Below, in pieces: positions 21,292 to 31,353 of a stretch of 64,000 nt of DNA. Position 1 is the stretch's first letter. Each line of letters starts with the position of its first letter. The DNA is taken from the NCBI GenBank assembly GCA_004431415.1, contig QPMI01000647.1, forward strand, positions 1 through 64,000. The letters run 5' to 3'. The notes under the pieces were generated by a model. That model searched no databases. It had not been told where the DNA came from and saw only the letters and a list, made by a program, of their open reading frames with translations. The translations under genes were made by a program, and so were the position numbers. This DNA comes from Cyanophora paradoxa CCMP329 (lineage: Eukaryota; Plantae; Glaucophyta).

Positions 21292-24200
21292 TATTGGGCG
21301 GCACAGTTACACTTAATATGAGAGAGGAAACAATTTTGGTAATGTGAGCCACAGCATTATTAATTCGATCTACCGAAATATCTTCAAAGTCCATGGCATT
21401 GTAGCATCGCAGGCAATGCCCATACTGCTTCCCATATCGCTGCTTGATCCAATCCCATGTGATGTAATCATGCTCATCGAATTGTCTGTTTGCTGCTCGG
21501 TCCTGATCCTTGTAAGTCGAAATCTTCTCGTTATTCTCTCTTTTCCACACTTTCCAGTGAGCCATTTCGAAATTATCATGGTAAATAACAACATCATCCA
21601 GCCTTGTGGTTCGAGTGAGAGCAACATATAGCCACTTCTTTGAAACAAATGGCGCCCCAGTTTCGAACACGACTACCCTGTTCCCTTTGCAGCGAATCGT
21701 ATCACCTTGAACAACATGGCAGGTGTTTGCGTAAGCCAGGGCGAAATGTTTGACTGCATCCCTGCTGAGAACAATCTCATCCTTCTTGTTGGCAATGTCA
21801 GCAATAATGAAACTGTCCTTTGAGAGCTTGACAATCTTGTAGACAAATCCATTATGAACTATCTTCCCACCCTTTGCAATACGAGTCTTTGCAACAACTT
21901 TGATCCCGCCAGCATAAATGGAAACATTATCCCCGTAGTTCATTTTGTGAAGGGCTAGGTTCACCTCTGCACCCTTGCGGTTTGTATACACAATGCCTTT
22001 ATCTGTCTTTGCCAATTCGTCCACAACCTTGAACCCGTACTTTGCTAGGACCTCACTTACACTCAAACCTTTCTCGAATAAATCAATTCGAATTTGCTCA
22101 ACCTTTCTGCGATCTTCCTCAGTCTCATGGCGCTTGTTCACTTGGAGTAACAATTCGTTGGGGAACAGGCGATGGAGGATATCAAGGTAATACTCATCTT
22201 GATCAACACTCATATCCTGAATGGGTGGGTTCTGATACGGGTCACCTGTGGCAATGTATACCTTATCTGGGAACTGCTCATTCATGATGTGGTCCAGGGC
22301 TGCCAGTTCTCCAATCTTAAACTGACAGATCTCATCAATAACAATGCAATCAAATTCTACCAAACCAGATGCATTCCCTCCTACGATTTCATCCATGTTC
22401 GACTCATCGATTTTGAGATGAAGGGCATCATAGATTGTCTTCACATTTTTCAATCCTTGCTCTTTCATTTCCTTCACTCGCTTGTTGGTCGGAACAATAT
22501 AGAGGGATTTTTGAAACGCTTCCCATATTCAACTGTCATGTGAGTCTTTCCAACTCCTGGAACTGATCCGAGAAGAACCCATCGTTTTTGTGTAGCCAGC
22601 AAATCACAAATCGCGGTTGTGTCATACTCATCAACCACAGAGTGTTTGGTATAACTGTAGTTCTCGATTTTCACAAAGTCAGTCGCTCTCTCAAACTTTC
22701 CGTAACGAATTCGTTTTGCCTCGAGGTCTTTCTTCTCACCTGAAAACTTTTTAGAAAAATTGGGGCAGCATTTCACACTGAATTTTCCAATATTCTCAAA
22801 GGCATTGCGATCGAATGACACTGGGGCAATGGGTTCATAAGCGATCCCATAAACACAATCGGTGTTCAAAGCGAGTGGTCGGATCTGCTGTTTAGCGAGT
22901 TCGACACACTTCTCATACATACACATCCTCATAATTGACAAGAGGGTAGTGTACAATGGCATGAAGCCATCAATGAGCTGCTTTTCTGCTACCTGATTGA
23001 CATAGTAGATATGGGGTTCGGTCATCTCTTCCTCACACAGAACGAACTCTGTCTCCTCATAAGTGGCAAGAGTCTCACCAAAGAGGTAAATTTTAACCTC
23101 CCCTCCGTTCTGTTTCTGGAACTCGATCGCATCGTCTCTGTTGTGGAAAATGGTGGTTTTCACTCTGCTATTTCGTTGCTTTCCAGTTTGCCCAATTGCA
23201 CTCACCAAGATCTGCTTCTTATCAACAGGATCGAGGTCGCTATCTAAGATTCGAGCAACTGTGTTGCCTGCAAGGTTGGGAATGAGTTTGTAAGGTCGCA
23301 GAACCGCTTTGATGGAGATGTCATCCTTGAAATCCTCGAAATGCTTTTTGAGAACCAAACCAGGAACGACATTGTACTTGGAATCAATGATCATCCTCTT
23401 GTATCTGTTGTAGGTGTTTGCTTCGTACTCCTTTCCGTTCTTGTCTTTGGCTTTGAAAAAGTATTTGTCGTCCAGTTTCACGTAATAGAAGCTGTATTCC
23501 TCGATTTGCTCTGCATCTGTGATTGTCACACTCTTGAAGACATCGAACTTGCTGAGAACAGGAACGAATTTGATCATCAAGGCTACAATGTAAGGGTATG
23601 CTTTGCACATATCGAACTCGTAAATATCTGTGTTATAGCGAATTTCATCAAAGGTCTCCTCATCCACATCAAAGAGACCACGAAGGGCAGTCTGCACTCC
23701 ATTCTTGAATGCATTTATGGTTTGCTCATTGTAAGTACTCTTGTTGGAAGTGTTGATTAGAGACCTATACATATCCAGATTTAGTTTCTCGAATTTATCT
23801 CTGTACTCAGCATTCTTGAAGCTAATCTCGAAAGCTGTTTCCACATCTGTATCGTTACCAGGTGGGGTCACGACAACATCCTTATCGTCAATAGTGAAAC
23901 GAATATGGGTTGCCTTTCCGATTTGGGAGAACCCAGGTTGGACCTGATAATTATGCACCACAATGAACTCTCTGAGTAGTTCATCCAGTGAACCACCATA
24001 GCAGATTCGAATGCTCGATTGGTTCTTTGGATTGTCAGACCTGACAATTCTCAGAATGTCATCGGGATTTGTGGCAAACTCCTTGAACCTTCTTTGCTTT
24101 ATAATCTTGTAACGAGAACTGAGTGGAACATTGGTATCTTTTGGCTTGGAGCCATTGAAGGACTGTGTGAGAGCCTTAATATTGTGATTTAACAAATACA

Positions 24201-25373
24201 TGTGACCATTCTCAATCTTCACATATGCAACAGAAGGGGTCAAGTGTGTGTTCCTGGTCTTGGGCAGGAAAGTCAGTTCAGGGACAGGGGTTCTGTCGTC
24301 CTTTCCAATTGTAACCATGCCTAGGCGCAGTGGGTCAAGAACCTTCTCCGAAATGGACTTGAAAGAAATGCCCAATCATCTCCTTCAACAGGGTCTCGCC
24401 CATTCACCATCTTAAAGAGTCCGTTGTAAGACCAATCGATTCGCTTGTATTTCCCTTTGGTCTTAGCCTTCTCAAACGCTCCTCCAAACCATTTGATGAG
24501 GACATCGAAAACACACTTCCCAACCTTGAATGAATCACCTTTCAAGAACATTTCCTTGAATGTGGTGGCTTGGGGGTTCCCTTCGTTTTAATGAAATTCG
24601 AAATAATCATTGGAGCGTTTGTATTGTCTCTGAGGACTTGTTCATTTCTTGGGATGTATTCTTCATTATCTGTCGTGATGACTCTTTCAATTGTCATAAT
24701 ATCGGGTAGGTATCTTGCTCAATTAGTTTTAGGTAGCGGAAATCTTGATTGGTCGAGTTAAACTCAATAACTGCTGCAATAAATTCAGCAATGACAGTCC
24801 CTCAACACATGGGAACGTATTGAAGGTGGATTGAACCAGACCGAGAGCATTCAGAAAAGCTGCCTTGGTACACTGGATACCAAAGGGGCGATTGTTCCGA
24901 AGCCTCTTCGATTCAATGTAGGTCACACCATTCTCAGTGACCCTGTTTGCATTTGCAGGGGCTTGTTCTCCCTCTTGCAACTCACGGAAGAGTCTCACAT
25001 TCAGGGTGACCATGTTTCCAGGTGAGTTTTCAACAAACTCACGGAGGTTAGCAATCATCTGCTGGAAAGGAGTCAAGCGCTTCCGCTCTCTCGCTTGCTC
25101 CGCTTTCTTGTTTTGCTTCTCAACATTCTTAGCGGCTCTCTCAGCCCTCTTCTCCTTCTTCTCCTGCTTGCGATACAAACGAGGCTCTACGATACCTCTC
25201 AGTGTATCTCTGATATCAATCAACTTTGGAATTCTAATTGCTTTGAAAGTAAATTCTCTCAAGAAATAGATATCCTGCTCTCGGGTCAATTTGTCTTCTA
25301 CTTTTGCTTGCATGTAGTAGCCAAGAATCTCATCCTGCAAATTTTTCGAAATTCGATTACTTGGTCGAGGCAT
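21291..25373 (-). CDS. Family B DNA polymerase-like domain fused to superfamily 1 helicase and C-terminal HNH/Zn domain (~1,350 aa, several frameshifts)
   Basis: PolB motifs A (FDMCKAYP), B (KQILVSAIGQTGK) and C (LNTDCVY). Helicase motifs: Walker A GVGKTH, Ia IVPTNK (after restoring one base at ~22505), IDEI, GDPYQNPP, TCHVVQG and YVALTR. C-terminal CxxC...SVDRINN..H...NC...CN. Confidence 0.85.
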
Positions 25374-25614
25374 TTCTTTGTTCACTCTATTAATATATAC
25401 CTACAAAAGTTTTCTTTAAATACTTTTATACTCGCGTCAAATTTTACCGACAAAACCAAAAGTCTCCAACAAAATAAATTTAGTCGAGGGCATTCATAAA
25501 AATAACAAAGGGTTGGCTCGATCATCGAACTCTAAAAATAACAGAATGATTATATTTGTGGTTCCAGCGCGTTTCCCACGGGTTTCTCAGAGCAGATCGC
25601 GCTGAGAAAAACGA

Positions 25615-25872
25615 TTAACAGAGATATTTCGATTTGCGACCACGGTTAGAATACGGGACACCATAGAGATACTTCACAAAGCAGACTGCATTGGAAGCAT
25701 AGAGACGCTGGGAACTCTCAACGATCTTCATGGCTCTGTAACACTCATCAGTATGGTATAAGTCACGCATTTGCTTTGCAAATCTGGCATTGTACTTTTT
25801 CAAATATTCCTGACCTTTTTCAGTTTTACGATAACGATAAGTAGCACGCTTCTGAGCCTCACTGATTGGCAT
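25615..25872 (-). CDS. Small basic putative DNA-binding protein
   Basis: MPISEAQKRATYRYRK-type basic helical N-terminus, common in small viral proteins. Confidence 0.55.
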   Translation of the reverse strand: MPISEAQKRATYRYRKTEKGQEYLKKYNARFAKQMRDLYHTDECYRAMKIVESSQRLYASNAVCFVKYLYGVPYSNRGRKSKYLC

Positions 25873-26221
25873 GTTGTCCTTTTCTACTCTCTTAATATAT
25901 GTTAAGAAATCTTTAAGTAGTTTTTCTGTCTGTATATAGCGAATAAACTCCTGTCAAATTTTGGTCCCGATTGCAGAGCATCCAGTACGAAAGAAGATGC
26001 TGGAAAAATGATAAAGCCACCGATACCCAGAAGGTTCACTTGTCGGCTGCAAGTTTCTACCACTGAACCCGGTAGAACAGGTGATTAAAGTGATTTACCT
26101 ATGGATATTTCACTTCGCTCTACAACGCCTCCATAAAAATGAAGAAGTTTTGAGCCTACGGGATAGGATTGGTTACGTAGCGCTAACAATGTTTGAGAAA
26201 TTATATTATTCAGATTGATCC

Positions 26222-26983
26222 TTAACGGCGATAACCGGGTCTTATACCAAGCTTGGCGAATCCAGAGACCATTGGGGCAGCATTTGGAATCGAGTTGACT
26301 GGATCAGCCTGCGAAGTGGCAACCCGAAGGATCGACTTATTGAGAACCGGCAAATCCGTTTTGTTGGAGTCTTGATACTCAATGGTCTTTGCAATCAATT
26401 CTGTAGGTGAGTCTTTTGCCACATGAACAGGTTCGGGAATAACTTCATGGGTTACTTCTGGTTTCTTCTCAACCTTTTCCTTTGTGATTGGCTGTTCCTT
26501 GATCTTGTTTTCGTTTTTGGTCTCTGCTGCAATACCATCAACAAGACTCTTAGCATACTGATATGTTACAGATTTCAGTCCACCAGTGGTTGAACGAATA
26601 AAGTAGCGGTTGCGATGGTCTTTCTCGGAATAGGTTGAGTAGAGTCGCTCACCACCATCAAGCAGTTTCAGCAGTGTCGATGATGAGGCAACCTTGTCCT
26701 TTGTGGATGATTTGAACTGTCCTTTCTTGATTCCTCGTTTGGCTCCGGGCATGCGGTTCAGTGGGACTTGGTCAACAAGGGCATTATCATCATTACTGTT
26801 TTTCGTAGTGGCTTGGGTGAATTGGTTTCGTTCTTTATGGACTTCCTTTTCGAGGTCACCAGTTCCGTATGCAGCGAGTCCTTTCGATTTCTTATACCAG
26901 TTCCTTCCATTCTCACCATTGCCAACATCCGCTTCAGCGGCTGGTTTGGCTAAGAAATTCTTGGGTTGAGTCTTGCGAGCCAT
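26222..26983 (-). CDS. Lysine-rich hypothetical protein (candidate virion core protein)
   Basis: Intact 253-aa ORF, basic and low-complexity, directly downstream of the penton gene. Confidence 0.6.
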   Translation of the reverse strand: MARKTQPKNFLAKPAAEADVGNGENGRNWYKKSKGLAAYGTGDLEKEVHKERNQFTQATTKNSNDDNALVDQVPLNRMPGAKRGIKKGQFKSSTKDKVASSSTLLKLLDGGERLYSTYSEKDHRNRYFIRSTTGGLKSVTYQYAKSLVDGIAAETKNENKIKEQPITKEKVEKKPEVTHEVIPEPVHVAKDSPTELIAKTIEYQDSNKTDLPVLNKSILRVATSQADPVNSIPNAAPMVSGFAKLGIRPGYRR

Positions 26984-27019
26984 TTGTAATATTGAAACAA
27001 ATTTATTCTACAGTATTTC

Positions 27020-27906
27020 CTATGACCGTGAGAACGGCAGGTAGAGTCCCTCCAACTCTTTTATGACATTCTTCAATGCTTTTTTCGTCAGATCTTTATC
27101 ATCTTCAGTAATCAGTTCAAGAGTCATCGACCAGTCGGTAGTAATGTCTGCTGTGGCTCCATTCCAGTAAGAAAGTCTCACATCTAGAGTCTCAACCTCA
27201 ACCAAGCCATTCTGCTCGTGAACGATCATGGAATTATTCGATGAATCATATTTTAATAGACTGCCAACCGTTTGGTCAATCTCAATTTTCGCGATAGCAT
27301 TGTTATCTCGTTTGTTATTGCTCACATATCTTCCTTTCAGTGGATCAACATGAAGAAGCAAATAGGAATTAAATAGTAGATCTAATGGCATTTCACTATC
27401 AATGTAGTGAGCATAAGTAAAGGCTCCAACTGTGACATTAGATGATAGAGGACTCGATTGGTACAGTGTGTTAGCATTTTCAAAACCACAGAAATTGGCT
27501 AAGAGTTGAGTGTTCATAGTGATTGAGAATGGAACCTCACACATGAACCTTAGAAGCAATGTTGTGGGATCATAGGTTACATAGAAATGGCGAGTGTAAG
27601 TTCCGCCACCCGCTTGATTATAGGGCTGGGATCCAATGCGAGCGATCAGATAATTCACCAGTGAATCCGGTGTATATGCACCTCGGAGGACTTCGTTGTT
27701 TCTATTCTTTGGGTTCCCAGCATTATCGAGTGTTTGTGTGGTGAGGGTTCCTACTTCAGAGAGGTTGTAAAGATTGTGAAACATCTCAAAGTTCGTTACT
27801 CGACAGGCTCTGACCTTTTGGATCGCATAAGGGAGTCTGTATGTGAAATTAGTTGGGGTTCCATCCGATCGGTCCTGGAATCAATATTGAGATAGTAACG
27901 CGTCAT
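27020..27906 (-). CDS. Minor capsid protein (penton), one frameshift at ~27874
   Basis: Restored N-terminus MTRYYLNIDSRDRSDGTPTNFTYRLPYAIQKVRACRV. Also SYLLLHVD, AIAKIEI and LDVRLSYWNG...DWSMTLEL. Confidence 0.85.
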
Positions 27907-27958
27907 TCTGTTTAATAAAGCATTTTAAAAATTTCTTTTGGTATTTTAAACATAAGAG

Positions 27959-29181
27959 ATGGCACTCACTGGAACTACCCTGAAGGAACTCCTCGTAACT
28001 CCCGGTTCCGATCAAATTTATCTTTCCCCTGGTCTCCAAATCGGAACCAACCCAAATACAAACCATTCCTCGAGCAAGTTCGTCCCCGGGCAACACTTTT
28101 GGCTTCAAGAATACCGCTTACTTTGATCTACCTCGCAAGCAACTCCTTGCTGGTGTTTCGCTCTATTTCAAGATTGCCACTGGTGGTGGTGTAGCCTGCA
28201 CCCTCCCCAATGGTGGTTCTTCTTTTATTAATGAGGTCCGTTTCGTTCATGGTGGTTTCAAGTATATTATCCCTGGTGATTGGATCACTGTAAACGCCCT
28301 GGTCGATAATGATCACGCTACCATGAGCAGCATGTATGCTTCTCTCGGTTACTTCAAAGAGACAGATCGTGAAAGCACAGATGAAGCAATGGAATACATC
28401 GTTAGAATCCCGCTGCTTTCTGGAAGAAGCTTATTTCCCATTATGTACGCTAGCCGATATGCCAACAATCGAGGTTGATTTCCGTGATGCTGCGATTGTC
28501 CAAGTTCCGGCTGGTGGATCTGTAACCTTTGCGGATTGCTCTCTGATCTGCCAATTCGTAAACATTGCTTCGGCTGAGGCTGAGACACTCCTTAAAATGG
28601 CGAACGAACAAGGTGGCATTCGCATCCCGATCACAGAGGTCATTCACAAGAAGACCCGAGCGCTCAAAACCGCTGATGCTGGTGAATCTGTTGAGGTTAC
28701 ACTCGCTAATGTTTCTGGTCTGGTTCACTCGATTCTGATGACTGTTCGAGAGGTGAACAAACTTAACACCTACACTCACTCGGATTTCTGCGGTCATGAA
28801 TCTGCTGTTAAGATTGATCAGTTCCAGATCTTCCACAACAATCGCTCCCTGGATATATCTAACAAACCCATTTCCGGTTTCCTCTCTGCTGTCAATCACA
28901 TTCCTTCTCACTACAAGGGTGTTACTGTGGGCAATACCACGTACGGATTCGAGTCTGGAAATGTTTACGGAATTGTTCTTTCCAAGTCTGGAAAAGATTC
29001 GCTTCGGAACTCGGTTATGGGTTACCAGGATTTCTTCAACAGCAGCTCGAGTTACATGGATCTCACTGTTTCCGGATGCACTGATGCCGCTCCTGTTCAG
29101 GTTGATATCTATGCCCTCCGACACAATGTTATGGTACTTAATGGCTACAACATCTCTACCCTGAAAGTCTCGAACTTCTAA
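27959..29181 (+). CDS. Major capsid protein (double jelly-roll), ~2 frameshifts
   Basis: An unlisted upstream frame FGFKNTAYFDLPRKQLLAGVSLYF...FINEVRF...YIVRIP joins YFPLCTL...IEVDFR. C-terminus VDIYALRHNVMVLNG. About 405 codons, between the penton and ATPase genes. Confidence 0.8.
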
Positions 29182-29260
29182 AGTTCTTTCTTTTGTTAGT
29201 GTAGGAAGCGCAATTATTTGTAGGTGTGTACTTTATTTTGTTTTTTATCTTATTACTGTA

Positions 29261-30019
29261 ATGGATAACACAGTAAATCTTGATGATATTCCGGAGTTCG
29301 ATCCGAGTAAGACGGTTCGAATCCCGACAAGAATTTTGAATGTTGGTCGCTCCAATACAGGTAAGACAATGTTCACAAAATACTTACTTTACGAGCTTCG
29401 TGACAAGATCGATCAAATCGTTATATTTAGTTCAACAGCTTTTACTGGACAATTCAATGACATCACCCATCCCGATAACATCTATGAAGAGTGGGATGAT
29501 AACATTGTTTTGAGATTGATCAGTATGCAAAAGAAACGAATTGAGAATAACGAAAAGCGAAATAACCTAGTTATCATACTCGATGACATGATAGGTTCAA
29601 ATTTGGATATGCATAATTCGGCTGTGTTATCTAAATTAGTAACGAGTGGAAGACATTATTCAATCTCGGTAATCTTTAATGTTCAGCGTTTGTGTTCTAT
29701 TTCTACTACCATTCGTCGCAATGTGGAGTTCGTTGTATTTTTCAATATTCTTGGGAACGAGAAAGAGTTCAATTGCGCCTTTGATGAGTACAATGGTGGT
29801 TTGGATAAGAAGACCTACAAGGAATTGCATAGACTATGGGGTTATAATTACCAAACTGTCATAGCTAGCCTGCAAGGTTATGATATCAAGACCTATACTG
29901 ATAGAGCAGTACTCACTGATGATGATATAAAGGGCTTTAAGAAGTTTGTGAAGAGAAAAGCAATTAAAAGGAGTCAGATGGCTCGGATTCAGCGAGAAAT
30001 GACCACAATCAGTGTGTAA
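29261..30019 (+). CDS. A32/FtsK-HerA family genome-packaging ATPase
   Basis: GRSNTGKT Walker A, LVIILDD Walker B, SGRHYSISVIFNVQ arginine-finger/sensor motif, and IRRN. Confidence 0.95.
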   Translation: MDNTVNLDDIPEFDPSKTVRIPTRILNVGRSNTGKTMFTKYLLYELRDKIDQIVIFSSTAFTGQFNDITHPDNIYEEWDDNIVLRLISMQKKRIENNEKRNNLVIILDDMIGSNLDMHNSAVLSKLVTSGRHYSISVIFNVQRLCSISTTIRRNVEFVVFFNILGNEKEFNCAFDEYNGGLDKKTYKELHRLWGYNYQTVIASLQGYDIKTYTDRAVLTDDDIKGFKKFVKRKAIKRSQMARIQREMTTISV

Positions 30020-30261
30020 AAGGTCGATTTTGAGAAATGTTGTATAATAAGGTAGCTTGAAATACTGTGGGATTGCACAGTTGCGTAGAGCTTAAACAGC
30101 GCTTCAAACCGATATGCAGAACGTTGCGAGATCATAATCTGGTGATGAGATACAAGCGTTTGAAGATGCCGATAATCGATTTACCGAAACTTCGGTGAAA
30201 CGTGAGCGAAACTTGAACCGTGAGATCATATACCCTACTATGGTTTATTCCCCGGGTTTTC

Positions 30262-30348
30262 ATGGCGCATTTAATGGCGCATTTAATGGCGCATTTAATG
30301 GCGCATTTTATGGCGCATTTTATGGCGCATTTTATGGCGCATTTGATG
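30262..30348 (+). repeat. 12-bp tandem repeat ATGGCGCATTT(A/T/G) x7
   Basis: Directly visible. Confidence 0.95.
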
Positions 30349-30407
30349 AAAAGTCCCTACTCTGTGGCATGAACCAATCAGAAGCCAGCAAATTTAAAAT
30401 TAATATA

Positions 30408-30512
30408 TGAGGTATTATCTGAGATATAATCTGAGGTATTATCTGAGATATAATCTGAGGTATTATCTGAGGTATTATCTGAGGTATTATCTGAGATGTT
30501 ATCTGTGATATA
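30408..30512 (+). repeat. 12-bp tandem repeat TGAG(G/A)TAT(T/A)ATC x~8-9
   Basis: Directly visible; two interspersed variants. Confidence 0.9.
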
Positions 30513-30949
30513 AACCTGGGGAGAAGTTGAAGGGGGATACAACAAAACAAGTAGCACACCAATCAGATTGCGTCACACATATATACATATACATCATGAC
30601 AATATACACATCGCCGTGATCGTCATGATCTCCCGAATAAGCCGGTGTGTCATATATATCAGATACATATACATCATCATCATGACGTCATATATGAATA
30701 TATATCACATATACACAAATTGATATGTTATAGGTTTGACTATAAATCGATTTCCTATGATATATATGATATATATTACAGTGATATATTGACGTATATA
30801 CGATTCAAAAACAATTAAAATTCTATTGTTTTTATTGTCGTTTCTATTGTTGTTTCTAGTGTAACAAATACAGTAAAAAATCGTTCAAAAAATACAGTAA
30901 AAAATGAGAGGTTTTTCTTTCGAGGTTTTAACTAAACTTACTTAGTTAT

Positions 30950-31353
30950 TCATGGGAGACACGGCGGATAAAAAGGATATAACTTCGATTAAATATAATT
31001 AATCGAGATAATGATATAACTTCGATAAATAAGATTTAAGATATAACTTCGATAAATTCGATTTTTGTTACTGAGGCTTACTGAGATTACTGTTGAATAC
31101 GAATAGGGTTACTGGGAATGGTTTGTTTTTCTTGGGAATTGTTTTGGAGACACGGCGCATAAAAAAGATATAACTGCGATAAGATATAATTAATCGAGAT
31201 TATGATATAACGTCGATTAATTAAATTTTTGTTACTGAGGCTTACTGAGATTTACTGATATTCAAGATTGGGTTACTGGGAATGGTTTGTTTTCTGATTT
31301 GTTTTTGATTTTTTTGCGGGTATTTTTTTGGAGACACGGCGCAGTGCTGAGCT
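30950..31353 (-). repeat. Right terminal inverted repeat (404 bp)
   Basis: Reverse complement of 19826-20229; ends ...GTGCTGAGCT. Confidence 0.95.

Larger units (their letters stand above)
19826..31353. mobile_element. Complete Polinton/Maverick-like endogenous virus (11,528 bp)
   Basis: 404-bp TIRs starting AG and ending CT. CCGGC duplicated at 19821-19825 and 31354-31358. Carries rve integrase, PolB-helicase, mCP, MCP and A32 ATPase. AT-rich against GC-rich flanks. Confidence 0.95.

Noticed and set aside
20881-25385. Programmed ribosomal frameshifting in integrase/replicase
   Set aside because: The shifts are numerous, fall inside conserved domains of many genes and lack consistent slippery heptamers. 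Indel error is the simpler explanation.
30262-30512. CRISPR array
   Set aside because: Head-to-tail 12-bp units with no unique spacers and no cas genes.
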